Assembly: GCF_964355755.1 (NCBI RefSeq)
Contig: NC_092671.1
Location: 36,900,304 to 36,964,303 of the forward strand
Origin: Antedon mediterranea
Taxonomy: Eukaryota; Animalia; Echinodermata
Direction of reading: 5' to 3'
DNA length: 64,000 bases
The notes beneath the pieces were generated by a model that searched no databases, was not told where the DNA came from, and saw only the letters and a program-made list of their open reading frames with translations. This document shows positions 40,701 through 51,689 of this stretch, piece after piece. How positions within the stretch are numbered: the first letter of the stretch is position 1; each line of letters opens with the position of its first letter. A program made the translations under genes and the position numbers.

Positions 40701-43700
40701 TGGCACGCAGCTTTAACAGCACAATTCCATGTATGGCACGCAGCTTTAACAGCACAATTCCATGTATGGCACGCAGTTTTAACAGCACAATTTCATGTTT
40801 GGCACACAGCTTTGACAGAACAATTCCATGTATGGCATGCAGCTTTGACAGTAAAATTTCATGTATGGCACGCAGCTTTAACAGCACAATTCCATGTATG
40901 GCATGCAGTTTTAACAGCACAATTTCATGTTTGGCACACAGCTTTAACAGCACAATTCCATGTATGGCATGCAGTTTTGACAGCACAATTCCATGTATTG
41001 CACACAGCTTTGACAGCACAATTTCATGTATGGCACGCAGTTTTGAATACAGTTTTTTTTTTTATTACAGTATTATCACTTAAAACCTATCAATTCATTT
41101 AATTGTGAATTTTAAAAGCCATGAAATATATTAATTATCAACTATCACAAAACATGATGGCTGCAATAAAAATTGGTCTTCAAACCAGCAAAAAATAAAA
41201 AATAAACAACCAAAAAACAACAAATCAAAAACTTGTATTAATCAATTTATCAATTAATGTTAATTGTGAATTTTAAAACCCAAGATATATCATCAACTAT
41301 AAAAAAACATGATCGTTGCAATAAAAATTGGTTTTCAAAACAGCAAACGAAACTAAAATTTGTTTTTGTTAACTATAACGTCCAAAAAAACAAAATTTTG
41401 CACAAATTAAAGGCGTTCATTAAGTGTACACATAGTCAGTGACTAGTTCTTCTTCATTGATTTTTCATCTCAAAAAAGGAATTTGATACGGTGAACAAGA
41501 GGCTCGCAGTGTGTAGGCGATAATTGCGATAATGTTTACATTCAACGAAACAAGATATCAATACTATTCTTTGGTGTTGACTAATCTACGTTAAAATGAG
41601 AGTAAAGATTTCGCATAACTACTTTAACTCCAAGGACGCTTCTATGAAAAGAACATCAATATTCAGAAACTTAATTCCAAAGCAAGACGTAAGGGGTATT
41701 GATTTATAAGTGTAATTGATGACTGGATTATCTCAATTGACCCGATCCTAACCCAGCTGGGCGACATTTAAAGTCTATAATACATTGCTTTGGGGCACCC
41801 CTATTCAGGGGTCACCACTATTTGCACAGATACCAGAGATCTGGAACCAACTTCCTCTTTCCAGCCGTTACACTCCATCCCCTTTTCAATTCAAATCTCT
41901 CCTGAAAACTCACCTATTTCAATAGTTATTCTTTTCATGTTATGCTGTGCGACTCCGGTAAAGGCCGCTCTATAAATGTTCGATATTATTATTATTAATT
42001 TATTATTAGGGGACAATTTCAGAGAAACATGTATACTTATTAAATGTGTAATTAATTCCAAAAGAATACAAGAACATGAATAATGATATTAAACATATTG
42101 TACCTATAACTGTATACTAGTATTATAGTAAATAAATCCATGTTAAAGGAAGGGGTATAAAACAACTATGACTAAAGCCTGGTTCCATTAAAATCGCTAC
42201 AACGTTTCCATTAAAATCGCTACACGCGCAGATGTCGCCGACGCAATCGGGAAGGCTCCCCGATTCATCGCAGTCAAATCGGCAAAGTTCAACCATGTTC
42301 AACTTTGCCGATTTTGTCGGCGATGAATCGTATACGCGTATTTAGCGCTTGCGTACTAGATCCCCGATAAATTCTAGCGTTTCCATAGAATCGCTACGCT
42401 CTGTCGTGTAGCGATTTTATGGAAATCAGGCTTAACCTGTTACAACAGAGATTAGGGTGAGTAACAATGCTCAGATTAGACACAATTAAACACCTTTGAA
42501 ATAGGATGTCAGATTACAATGTTCCAGCATTCCTGTCGCTCTTAGTAGTTGTTTTTATTTCTCATAGTTTACATACTGTACAAGCCTGTTTGTTTACAAA
42601 TTCAAATATGTTTGTATTTAACCAAAAACTTGAAAAATATTTTATACACCATTCAAATATTTTTTAACCAAAAACTTTAAAAATATTTTATACACCATTC
42701 AAATATTTTTTAACCAAAAACTTTAAAAATATTGTATACACCATTCAAATATTTTTTAACCAAAAACTTTAAAAATATTTTATACACCATTCAAATATTT
42801 TTTAACCAAAAACTTGAAAAATATTTTATACACCATTCAAATATTTTTTAACCAAAAACTTGAAAAATATTTTATACACCATTCAAATATTTTTTAACCA
42901 AAAACTTTAAAAATATTTTATACACCATTCAAATATTTTTTAACCAAAAACTTTAAAAATATTGTATACACCATTCAAATATTTTGTAACCAAAAACTTA
43001 AAAAATATTTTATACACCATTCAAATATTTTTTAACCAAAAATATTTTATATACCAAAATGCTGATTGTTTTGACATCTACAGTACATACAAATGAATAT
43101 GGACCACAATTAATACAAAAGTACTAAGTATTAAGCTCTGTCTAAACTATCAAACTTTATGAAAAAAAATGTGATGTGCCTATATATGGATAGGATGATG
43201 CCATATCACTACCATATTTGTGCATATCACTACCATATTTGGGAATACCAATACCATATTTGGGCACATCACATTTTTTTCCGTCACACTAGTTTGATAG
43301 TGTAGACAGAGCTTTATAGATTAATATTTTATGACTTTCCATAACTTCCAATCCTACAATGAATGTTTTTATGTCTCTGATTGATTTACTGTTGTTTTGT
43401 ACCTTGTAATGTCAAAGGTCAACAACTTACTTAAATGCTTCTTTATGGTTGTCTGGTTTGATTAATTTAAGAGTATTACATACATTTTTTAAATGCATAC
43501 TAAATTATATTTAAGTTCTATTTTTAACACCTTTCACAAAATGTTATTGTGTGATATGTGCCATTTATTTTTTTATTCATAAAATGTTACAGTATTTTCT
43601 TTTAGAAACAAAAAACACAATCTTTAAAATTTCCTTTAGTATATAAAATGTTGTTGTGACTGAACTTATTTTGGGAACTAAACTATATGTCATCTTCAAA

Positions 43701-46700
43701 TTTGTGGACAAATTTTTTTTTACAAATATTTGAACTTTTCCTATTTTTTAATGAAAATTATTCATGATTTAGTAATATTTTTTTATTATTTATATAAAAA
43801 ATTATTTATGTGAAATTTCCCCAGGAGAATTGACGGATTAAAAATCTTCAACATGATTTCAATAAAATTCCCTTCAGTATAAATTAAAATATTGTTGTGA
43901 CTAACCTTTTTTCGGGAACTAAACTATGTCATCTTCATTTGACTAACTTTTCCTATTATATATGATTTAAAAAAAAAAATTTATACATAATTTTGCTTTA
44001 CAAAGATTCCAAAATAAAAGATTGAATGAATTTATTAATTATTTTTTAATTAAACAAAGCAAATGATTCTCATAGTGAAGTATCCCCAGTACAGTCGAGA
44101 TTAAAAAATCTTTAGAATTATTTCAATAACTAGTACACAATTAAAAATTACATTGTTCTTTTGCTTTTTTTGGTTTTATCGCACTATCTTTGAGTTCATA
44201 TGCCAACGAACATGTTTAGCTAGTATTGTCTCGTCCTGTGCTTCAATTATGTTTGTATCATGTATTAATTATTTTGTTAAGGTGGCCAAATACTGTACGA
44301 GCTTTGCTCTTTTTTGGTCATCCTTCCATTTTTGCATATATTCTGTTTCATTACACTTGTTTATATTGGAAAATAAAAACTGAAACTGAAAATTGTCCCC
44401 CTTAGTTTTCTCAAAACTGATGATCACCAACACCAAAGAAGGTACAACAGTAGCCCACCTGATCTAATAACAAATCAGCAAACATATTTTTATCCTTAAG
44501 TAAATGATCAACTTGGCAGTCAAACACTTTAGAATTTTCCATGAGATTCCGAAAGTAAATCTTTTGGTCTTTTATTTACCGACAAGAAATTAGATATGGG
44601 ACAAGAAATTAGATATGGGACGAGAAGAGATTCTTTTTGAAGATTGCTTGTTTCGAATCTCATTAAATTTCATTCATCAATAAGTGATTATTTTGAATTG
44701 ATGGTCAATCGGTCAAGTGTTGGAATAGAATACATAGTGTTTGGTGAGACGCTTACGAGAGGGATAATAACGTGCTTATACAAGATGTTGATTTAGGTAA
44801 CAAATAAAAAACGAAATACGATACTTAGATCTATTAAAATCTTTAATAAGACAGACTATTATTATTGCTGACACAAGCAGTTACCATATCAACAGCTTTA
44901 TTAAAATATATGCTGGTCTTTGTTGGATTGTACATTTAACAAGAAAAACAAGTCTTTTAAAGGTGTATTGTCCCCAAAAACGAAGATTTTTTTAAATCGG
45001 ACTTTGAATAGGTTATTTTGTAGTTTTAATAAAGTTAATCACTTCCGTAGTAAAAAAAACCCCTAAAAAATATTGTTTTCGCTTATAAAATGACAAAATA
45101 AATTGTTAAATTCAACCAAAATTCCATTGGCTAGTAGCCAATTTGCTTTAAATTACAGTTTTTCAGTTAAATACATTTTTTTTCGAGGGGGACAATACAT
45201 CTTTAAACATTACTAAGAACTATAATTGTTCAATCACCTCTAAGTATTATTATCATCACAGGGAAGTACCAACCAGAAATTAATTTCTTGGAGAAGATTG
45301 GTAGAAAAATAATTAAATCAATTGGCATTCAGTGTCTATTCAATCTCGCACAACCTTTTAATACTGTCTTTAAACAAGCTACATTGGTCTATTAATTAAA
45401 TCAGGGTGAAAAGGTGAGAGAGACAATGTAAACATTGTTTGAGTATTTCTAGCATCATTTTAATTTTACAAAATTTGTACAAAGTATCTTTTGCACCAGG
45501 GAGCTATTCAGACATGATTGTACTTGTACTGTGTTGACCACATAGTAGCATTGCACCAACATAAACGGTAGTTGATACAGTGTATTGAGCATCTAGTAAA
45601 TTACGTTGCAATAGTGAGATCTGACCAATCAATTTTGAATCTGATTAGGATGGCATGACACTAGTCAATTGTTTCTCAAATCTTAATCTTTACCTCTGAA
45701 ACTTTTCAGGAATGATTTCATAAAACTTTAAATAATCTTGAGCCCTGGTGGTAAACTTTACACATGGACACAAAAATATTAATTCCCAACAAATGTAAAA
45801 AATATGAATTTCTAAATTGTCATTGTGATACTGTATTAATAAGTTAGTTTTTTTAAATGATAATTATTAACCTTTTTAAATTGAATTAAAAATTACAATA
45901 AATCATTTCTTTACTGAAAACACATTTTCTACTAATATTATAAAAATTATAAAAACGGTTTTAATCTTCAGACTTTTAATTTCTATTTATTTTATTGTTT
46001 ACTAAAATGACCAAAAAATTAGAGGTAAAATAAAAAACAATACAATTGCAGTAATTGAATAATATCACAATAAAGTATATTATGAAGAAATAAAGAATAT
46101 AGATCAATATAGATCAATCAAATTATTAAAATTACCTGATAGATTAGAAAAATCAGTATAGACTCGAGTATGACTGGAGTAGTTAGATATCAAATCCAAA
46201 TCTTTGAGCCTCTCTCATACATCAAAACCCCGTATCTCTTGACCATTGTCAATCAAAACAAATGTCATTTAAGCTCCACCCCTATTATACTTTTGAAAGA
46301 TGACTATTCCAGCAAGAACAACCAATCACAGACAGTGTATTGTATAGCTCCACCCATTTTGAATAGGATCTGTTTTGAGTGACATGATAAAGTCACTACT
46401 TTATGGTTTAGACCTCTATGTTTAGACATTATGTATATCAACTACATAAAGAGTAATAACAAAACCAAAAGCTCCACTAATGAGAGTCTAAATATGGAAT
46501 TAGTTTAATTATAAACACCTAAACAATGAAATACACACAATCATGTCAGGGGTCAATATTTAAACATTAATTATACCATCATGACATTACAGGCACAAGT
46601 TAATCATAGAAATAACAAGACATGCTTCACAAACTTTAAAAATTTTTTTAATCAACATGTTGGAATGTTGATACAATATATTATTTATTTGGGTAAATAA

Positions 46701-48046
46701 CATGATTAGAGAATCAAACATCAAATGGTATATATATGAGATATTTATTTTGGATTTTGTTGAGATGAAAATATTGTTGTCTTTAGCTCTGTCTATACTA
46801 TCAAACTTTAAGTGACAAAAAAAAATGATGTGCCCATATATGGATATGACGATGTCATATCACTACCATATTTGGGAATATCAATATCATATTTGGGAAC
46901 ATCACACTTTTGTCAAACTAGTTTGATAGAACAATAATGATGACGTGTAAGTTGGAATTTCTACAAAAAGATATTACTTACCATTTATAATAACAGACAG
47001 ACAGACAAACAGTTATTGAATGCACTTACTTACCTTTGCCTGATATACATTCAAGTTCAACAAAAATACACCAATGCTTAACATTGAACAAATGTGTACT
47101 TAAATGGCCTCTGATCTTATAAATACTTTAATAAAAAATGTCTAATTTATGGTTCAAAATTCCAAACACAGTAAATGTTACCAAATGCAAGTTTTGTTTT
47201 GGCAACATGAGTTGGTATCTTGAAATATCTTGAAATATACACTATGTATAAATACCTGAATTATATGTTTTTTTTAAATAAAAGTGGGAAGAACCCACAA
47301 AGACAAAAAAAAGGAAAAATATTTAAATCCTTGATGTGGTAAGCAAAACTAAGCATAACAAAAATATTAAAATAACATTTTACTAGTTGAATCACTAATT
47401 TTCATCACTTCAAGTGGTAGTAATTAATGAAAATGTTAAGGCAGTGATGTACAGATTAGACCTCCCAAATCTTCCAATATACCAAGTGGCCTATGTTACA
47501 AGTGCAATTTCTCCTGATTTTCCATATCATAATTAATCATCATCATAATGCACACTTGAATGCAATGCTATGAATTAGGACCTCTGACTGCCTATTGTTT
47601 ATTTTATAAATAAAATTTGTGAAGTTAGTTAATAACCTTTTCACATCTGCATACATGTTTACAACTTGTAACAACTTGTAACCGAGGTTTGATCTCCCGA
47701 TTGTTTTCATATATGCATACGCGAACGCGTAGTTGATTACTATGATTGGTCAGTTTAATACCAGAGAAATACATGCGTGCACAGTAAGAACTCGGAACAA
47801 AAACAAGCCTCACATTAGTGTGTTTTTGTCCCGAGATTTCACAGAGGTCCCCTTTGTTAAAATTGTTACAGCAGTCATAAATAGCGAATTTGCAAATGAC
47901 TACAAAGTCAATAACAAAGATGAGCTCTTTTACATTACCTCTTGCTCTCGTTTTAAATCTTCCTTCTGTTGCTCCTGTTCATCTTGTTCTTCGAGGGCAT
48001 TGGCATCAAAATGAATGCTTGTCCCTGGGTTGATCATACTGGCCAT
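25778..48046 (-). CDS. CEP152: Centrosomal protein 152 (asterless orthologue), about 1650 aa coiled-coil protein
   Basis: 22 exons: 48046-47939, 38737-38628, 38295-38148, 37711-37222, 37012-36857, 36026-35887, 35435-35235, 34744-34597, 33949-33703, 33588-33399, 32943-32818, 31313-31183, 30658-30530, 30424-30289, 29868-29719, 29320-28649, 28521-28381, 28246-28139, 27983-27561 (alternative donor 27540), 27088-27001, 26902-26746, 26549-25778 (TAA). Motifs: acidic N-terminus EDLKREQE|LHDLLSNELPDDLLDD, QLQILYKARGRELEEL..LNHQL, LTRKLDETQRQC, LQELRSHYLATVNKIK, TAKKLRKYYLQCLQQLLEDD, ANKLAAMA. Confidence 0.92.
27130..27326. mobile_element. High-copy Tourist/Harbinger-type MITE family A (representative copy)
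   Basis: TIR AGCTCTGTCTACACTATCAAACT; TSD TAA here and TTA at the 59026 copy; variable internal ~21-bp repeat catatcactaccatatttggg. Other full or partial copies near 424, 1910, 4690, 6569, 11294, 22106, 22525, 23610, 24285, 25294, 27445, 28300, 30085, 30795, 31015, 34962, 39650, 43134, 46786, 59026, 60067, 60587, 60800. Confidence 0.9.
29418..29569. mobile_element. Palindromic MITE (family D)
   Basis: Inverted arms actaggcaaatttgtt / aacaaatttgcctagt and aaagtgtcagcttat / ataagctgacacttt. Confidence 0.65.
31015..31171. mobile_element. MITE family A copy, about 10 nt from a CEP152 donor site
   Basis: Same TIRs as family A; a second copy is adjacent at ~30795-30929. Confidence 0.85.
31768..32727. 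mobile_element. 960-bp non-autonomous TIR element (Harbinger-like ends) in a CEP152 intron
   Basis: Perfect 39-bp TIR ACGCCCGTATTCTTAAACCGGACTTTAGTCGTAGTTCGA; TA-containing flanks. Confidence 0.85.
33070..33306 (+). mobile_element. Deu/Nin-domain-like SINE (family 3)
   Basis: tRNA-like head, central tcttctcggat..(taaaccgtaggtcc)..agagtagggggttaccc block resembling the Deu domain, and (TAAA)n tail. Minus-strand copies at ~11680-11925, ~37760-37955 and partial ~10935-11016, ~11985-12045. Confidence 0.6.
33990..34205 (-). mobile_element. tRNA-derived SINE family 1, second copy
   Basis: Reverse-complement homologue of 8988-9210. Confidence 0.7.
34440..34560 (-). mobile_element. tRNA(Gly)-like SINE family 2
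   Basis: gtagcttggtggttaacatgcttgccttccaa..gggttcaatcctg head; related truncated copy on the plus strand at ~22455-22520. Confidence 0.5.
34962..35118. mobile_element. MITE family A copy
   Basis: Same TIRs as family A. Confidence 0.85.
35629..35850. mobile_element. TTAA-flanked MITE with purine termini (Kolobok-like)
   Basis: ttaa|agatatattgtccc ... ggacaatacatgt|ttaa; related copy at 44961-45202. Confidence 0.6.
37760..37955 (-). mobile_element. Deu/Nin-domain-like SINE (family 3) copy
   Basis: Homologous to 11680-11925. Confidence 0.65.
40478..41045. repeat. 33-bp minisatellite, about 17 copies (CEP152 intron)
   Basis: Unit ttaacagcacaattccatgtatggcacgcagct; it produces the repetitive ORFs in several frames. 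Confidence 0.95.
41480..41996 (+). mobile_element. Decayed LINE 3' remnant ending in an L2-type tail
   Basis: Ends in gccgctctataaatg..(ATT)n. Similar tails at ~21245-21272 and ~36085-36133 (gcgctatataa..attattatt). Confidence 0.35.
42176..42432. mobile_element. Harbinger-like MITE (family C)
   Basis: TIRs agcctggttccattaaaatcgctac / gtagcgattttatggaaatcaggct; TAA flanks; internal palindrome aatcggcaaagttcaac..ttcaactttgccgattt. Confidence 0.7.
42617..43057. repeat. 46-bp minisatellite, about 9 copies
   Basis: Unit accaaaaactttaaaaatattttatacaccattcaaatatttttta. Confidence 0.95.
43134..43313. mobile_element. MITE family A copy
   Basis: Same TIRs as family A; three internal 21-bp units. Confidence 0.85.
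44961..45202. mobile_element. TTAA-flanked MITE with purine termini (Kolobok-like), second copy
   Basis: ttaa|aggtgtattgtcccc ... ggggacaatacatct|ttaa. Confidence 0.65.
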
Positions 48047-49001
48047 CCTTATTTTGTTTTGCAGTCAACTAGTACTACTAAAATAAAAAAAGTGCCTGAA
48101 CAACAAATGCTGGAAATGCTTATTTGCACAACTTTTCATACCAATGAACGTTAGGGGCCTATATGTAATTTATTATTTTCTATCACATGGACAATCGTGC
48201 GCTTAGTTCTCTGTGCGAATAATAAGACAACATGGTGCCATAGGCTATTATTTCAATCAATTTTATAACCCACTATACGACCCCCAGGCAGAGGTGCGTC
48301 ATGGGAGCATTATTTCAAGTAATTGATGCAGGGTGTGCATCTCAAAACCTAAATGGTACGTAACAATGCAAAATGGGTGCGTCATGGTCACCTATAGCTA
48401 AGCCTAAAGGTTTGAGTATCTTTTTGTCACAGCACATGGGTGCATCATGGTATCCATAAGGTATAACAGAAATCAGACAAATAATGCACCGGACATGGGT
48501 CATATAATTGACAATTGCATAGGCCTATATAATAAAATAAATAATTTGTATTATTAATTATATTCATCCATGGTCCATGGACCAGGCTTTAGCCTACTAC
48601 TACTACTCTATCTAGGCTAGACATATAATAAATAATATAAAATTAATAATAGTAATTTCATGAATAATATTAACAACACCTAACTTCATTAAATGACACA
48701 CTCTCTTGTAACCACCGGGATTAGCAAGTCAAAGCATCAACCTAGACCCTAGGCCTATGCTAGTAGTACCCAATCCGGCGGGCACTGGGGCTGACTGAGA
48801 CGCATCTCTACCCACACCAAACACTACTCCAGCACAGTCACTCAGTCTAGACTAGGCCTAGGCCTAGGCCTAGCATTTATGTAGTATGCAAAAGTAGAAT
48901 TATCACTTCGAAGTTAGTAACACAAAGTTGTTTAATCATTGCTCAAGATATTAAATTCAATTCACATATAAATAATTATATTTTTTAATTGATGAAATTA
49001 C

Positions 49002-49480
49002 CATATATTCGAGTAAATTTACGGAGCAAAACTTCAAGTTTCAAAACATTCTCATTCACGCGCCATATTTTTTTGTAAACTGTTTGAGGGCGGTGTACAT
49101 ATTTTTGGGTGTTTTTTTATCGTGATCGAGCTATATATCCAATACCAAATTGGCGAGTAAATCATGTTTTACTTTAAATTAAATTTATACGCTCTTCCAC
49201 AAGGTCAATTGTTAGTTATACATACAGACTATATTAAAACAATGATTTTGAACACGTAGGGCATTTCTTTGAATTCTTTCCTATTGTCGTTTTGTGGTAA
49301 TTTACAGCTTTTTATATGTTTAACAAACGTACATAATCAATTGCGTCTGCATCATGCTAGACTACAACTTCCGGTAGTGACGTAATCAGCATATTTTTGG
49401 TAATAAAACTTTTTCACTAAGCTAGGGAATCTTCTGATATCAATATTCATTAGACCGTACTTTAGTTAGCCAATCAAAAT
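49002..49480 (-). promoter_or_regulatory. Putative CEP152 promoter and non-coding first exon
   Basis: Donor ATG|gtaatt at 49002/49001; CHR-like TTTGAA (49040-49045, minus); YY1/E2F-like AAATATGGCGCG (~49059-49070); ETS site ACTTCCGG (49367-49374) next to CRE half-site TGACGT (49378-49383); CCAAT at ~49470. This is a plausible cell-cycle promoter set, based on motif matching only. Confidence 0.5.
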
Positions 49481-49524
49481 AAACGTATAAACAATTTTGC
49501 GGCGATGTTGTTGAGGTAAAATAT

Positions 49525-51640
49525 ACTGTGTTTTACAATAACCAATTTGGTTAGAGTAAAACACAATGATAAAGAATAGGAAACATTTAATAATATGATA
49601 AATGTCATTTACATAGCAATTTAGCACTGTGTTTTACTATAACCAATTTGGTTAAAGTAAAGCAGAATGATAAAGAATAGGAATTTATTAATATGATATA
49701 TGACATTTACATAGCAATTTAGCACTGTGTTTTACTATAACCAATTTGGTTAGAGTAAAACAGAATGATAAAGAATAGGAAATATTTAATAATAATGATA
49801 AATGACATTTACATAGCAATTTAGCACTGTGTTTTACTATAACCCATTTGGTTAAAGTAAAGCAGAATGATAAAGAAAAGGAATTTAATAATATGATATA
49901 TGACATTTACATAGCAATTTAGCACTGTGTTTTACTATAACCAATTTGGTTAGAGTAAAACACAATGATAAAGAATAGGAAATATTTAATAATAATGATT
50001 ATTTACATAGCAATTTAGCACTGTGTTTTACTATAACCAATTTGGTTATAGTAAAACACAATGATATAGAATAGGAAACATTTAATAATATGATAAATGA
50101 CATTTACATAGCAATTTATCACTGTGTTTTACTATAACCAATTTGGTTAGAGTAAAACACAATGATAAAGAATAGGAAACATTTAATAATAATGATTATT
50201 TACATAGCAATTTAGCACTGTGTTTTACTATAACCAATTTGGTTATAGTAAAACACAATGATAAAGAATAGGAAACATTTAATAATATGATATATGACAT
50301 TCACATAGCAATTTAGCACTGTGTTTTACTATAACCAATTTGGTTAGAGTAAAACACAATGATATAGATTAGGAAACATTTAATAATTTGATAAATGACA
50401 TTTACATAGCAATTTAGCACTGTGTTTTACTATAACCAATTTGGTTAAAGTAAAACACAATGATAAAGAATAGGAAACACTTAATAATATGATAAATGAC
50501 ATTTACATAGCAATTTAGCACTGTGTTTTACTATAACCAATTTGGTTAAAGTAAAGCAGAATGATAAAGAATAGGAAATATTTAATAATAATGATTATTT
50601 ACATAGCAATTTAGCACTGTGATTTACTATAACCAATTTGGTTATAGTAAAACACAATGATATAGAATAGGAAACATTTAATAATATGATAAATGACATT
50701 TACATAGCAATTTATCACTGTGTTTTACTATAACCAATTTGGTTATGGTAAAGCACAATGATATAGAATAGGAAACATTTAATAATATGATAAATGACAT
50801 TTACATAGCAATTTAGCACTGTGTTTTACTATAACCAATTTGGTTAAAGTAAAACATAATGATAAAGAATAGGAAACATTTAATAATAGGATAAATGACA
50901 TTTACATAGCAATTTATCACTGTGTTTTACTATAACCAATTTGGTTATGGTAAAGCACAATGATATAGAATAGGAAACATTTAATAATAATGATTATTTA
51001 CATAGCAATTTAGCACTGTGTTTTACTATAACCAATTTGGTTAGAGTAAAACACAATGACAAAGAATAGGAAACATTTAATAATAATGATTATTTACATA
51101 GCTAGCAATTTAGCACAATGTTTTACTATAACCAATTTGGTTATGGTAAAGCACAATGATATAGAATAGGAAACATTTAATAATATGATAAATGTCATTA
51201 CATAGCAATTTAGCACTGTGTTTTACTATAACCAATTTGGTTAGAGTAAAACACAATGATAAAGAATAGGAAACATTTAATAACATGATAAATGACATTC
51301 ACATATAAATTTAGCACTGTGTTTTACTATAACCAATTTGATTAGAGTAAAGCACAATGATAAAGAATATGAAACATTTAATAATATGATAAATGACATT
51401 TACATAGTAATTTATCACTGTGTTTTACTATAACCAATTTGGTTAGAGTAAAACATTTTAACTATGATAAATGATATTTAGCACTGTGCTGGATACAGTA
51501 AAACACAAATTAAGAATAGGAAACATATAATAATATGATACATTTACATACAAATTTAGTATTGTGTTTTACTATAGCCAATTTGGTTACAGTAAAACAC
51601 AATGATAATGAAACATTTATTATATGATATTATTTACATA
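49525..51640 (+). repeat. Tandem satellite array, ~100-bp monomer, about 21 copies (left arm of the foldback)
   Basis: Monomer about actgtgttttactataaccaatttggttagagtaaaacacaatgataaagaataggaaacatttaataatatgataaatgacatttacatagcaatttagc; period 98-102 bp; decays at the inner end. Confidence 0.95.
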
Positions 51641-51689
51641 GCAAAATATTATATTAAACATATCTTATTATCTAAACGTTATGAAAAGA

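Noticed and set aside
40395-41102. 235-aa and overlapping ORFs with AALTAQFHVWH repeats
   Set aside because: A 33-bp minisatellite is open in several frames on both strands and lies within a CEP152 intron. There is no splice or homology support.
49525-51640. CRISPR-like look: regularly spaced 39-bp palindromic repeats
   Set aside because: The sequences between palindromes are near-identical rather than unique spacers, there are no cas genes, and the context is a eukaryotic genome. It is a satellite.
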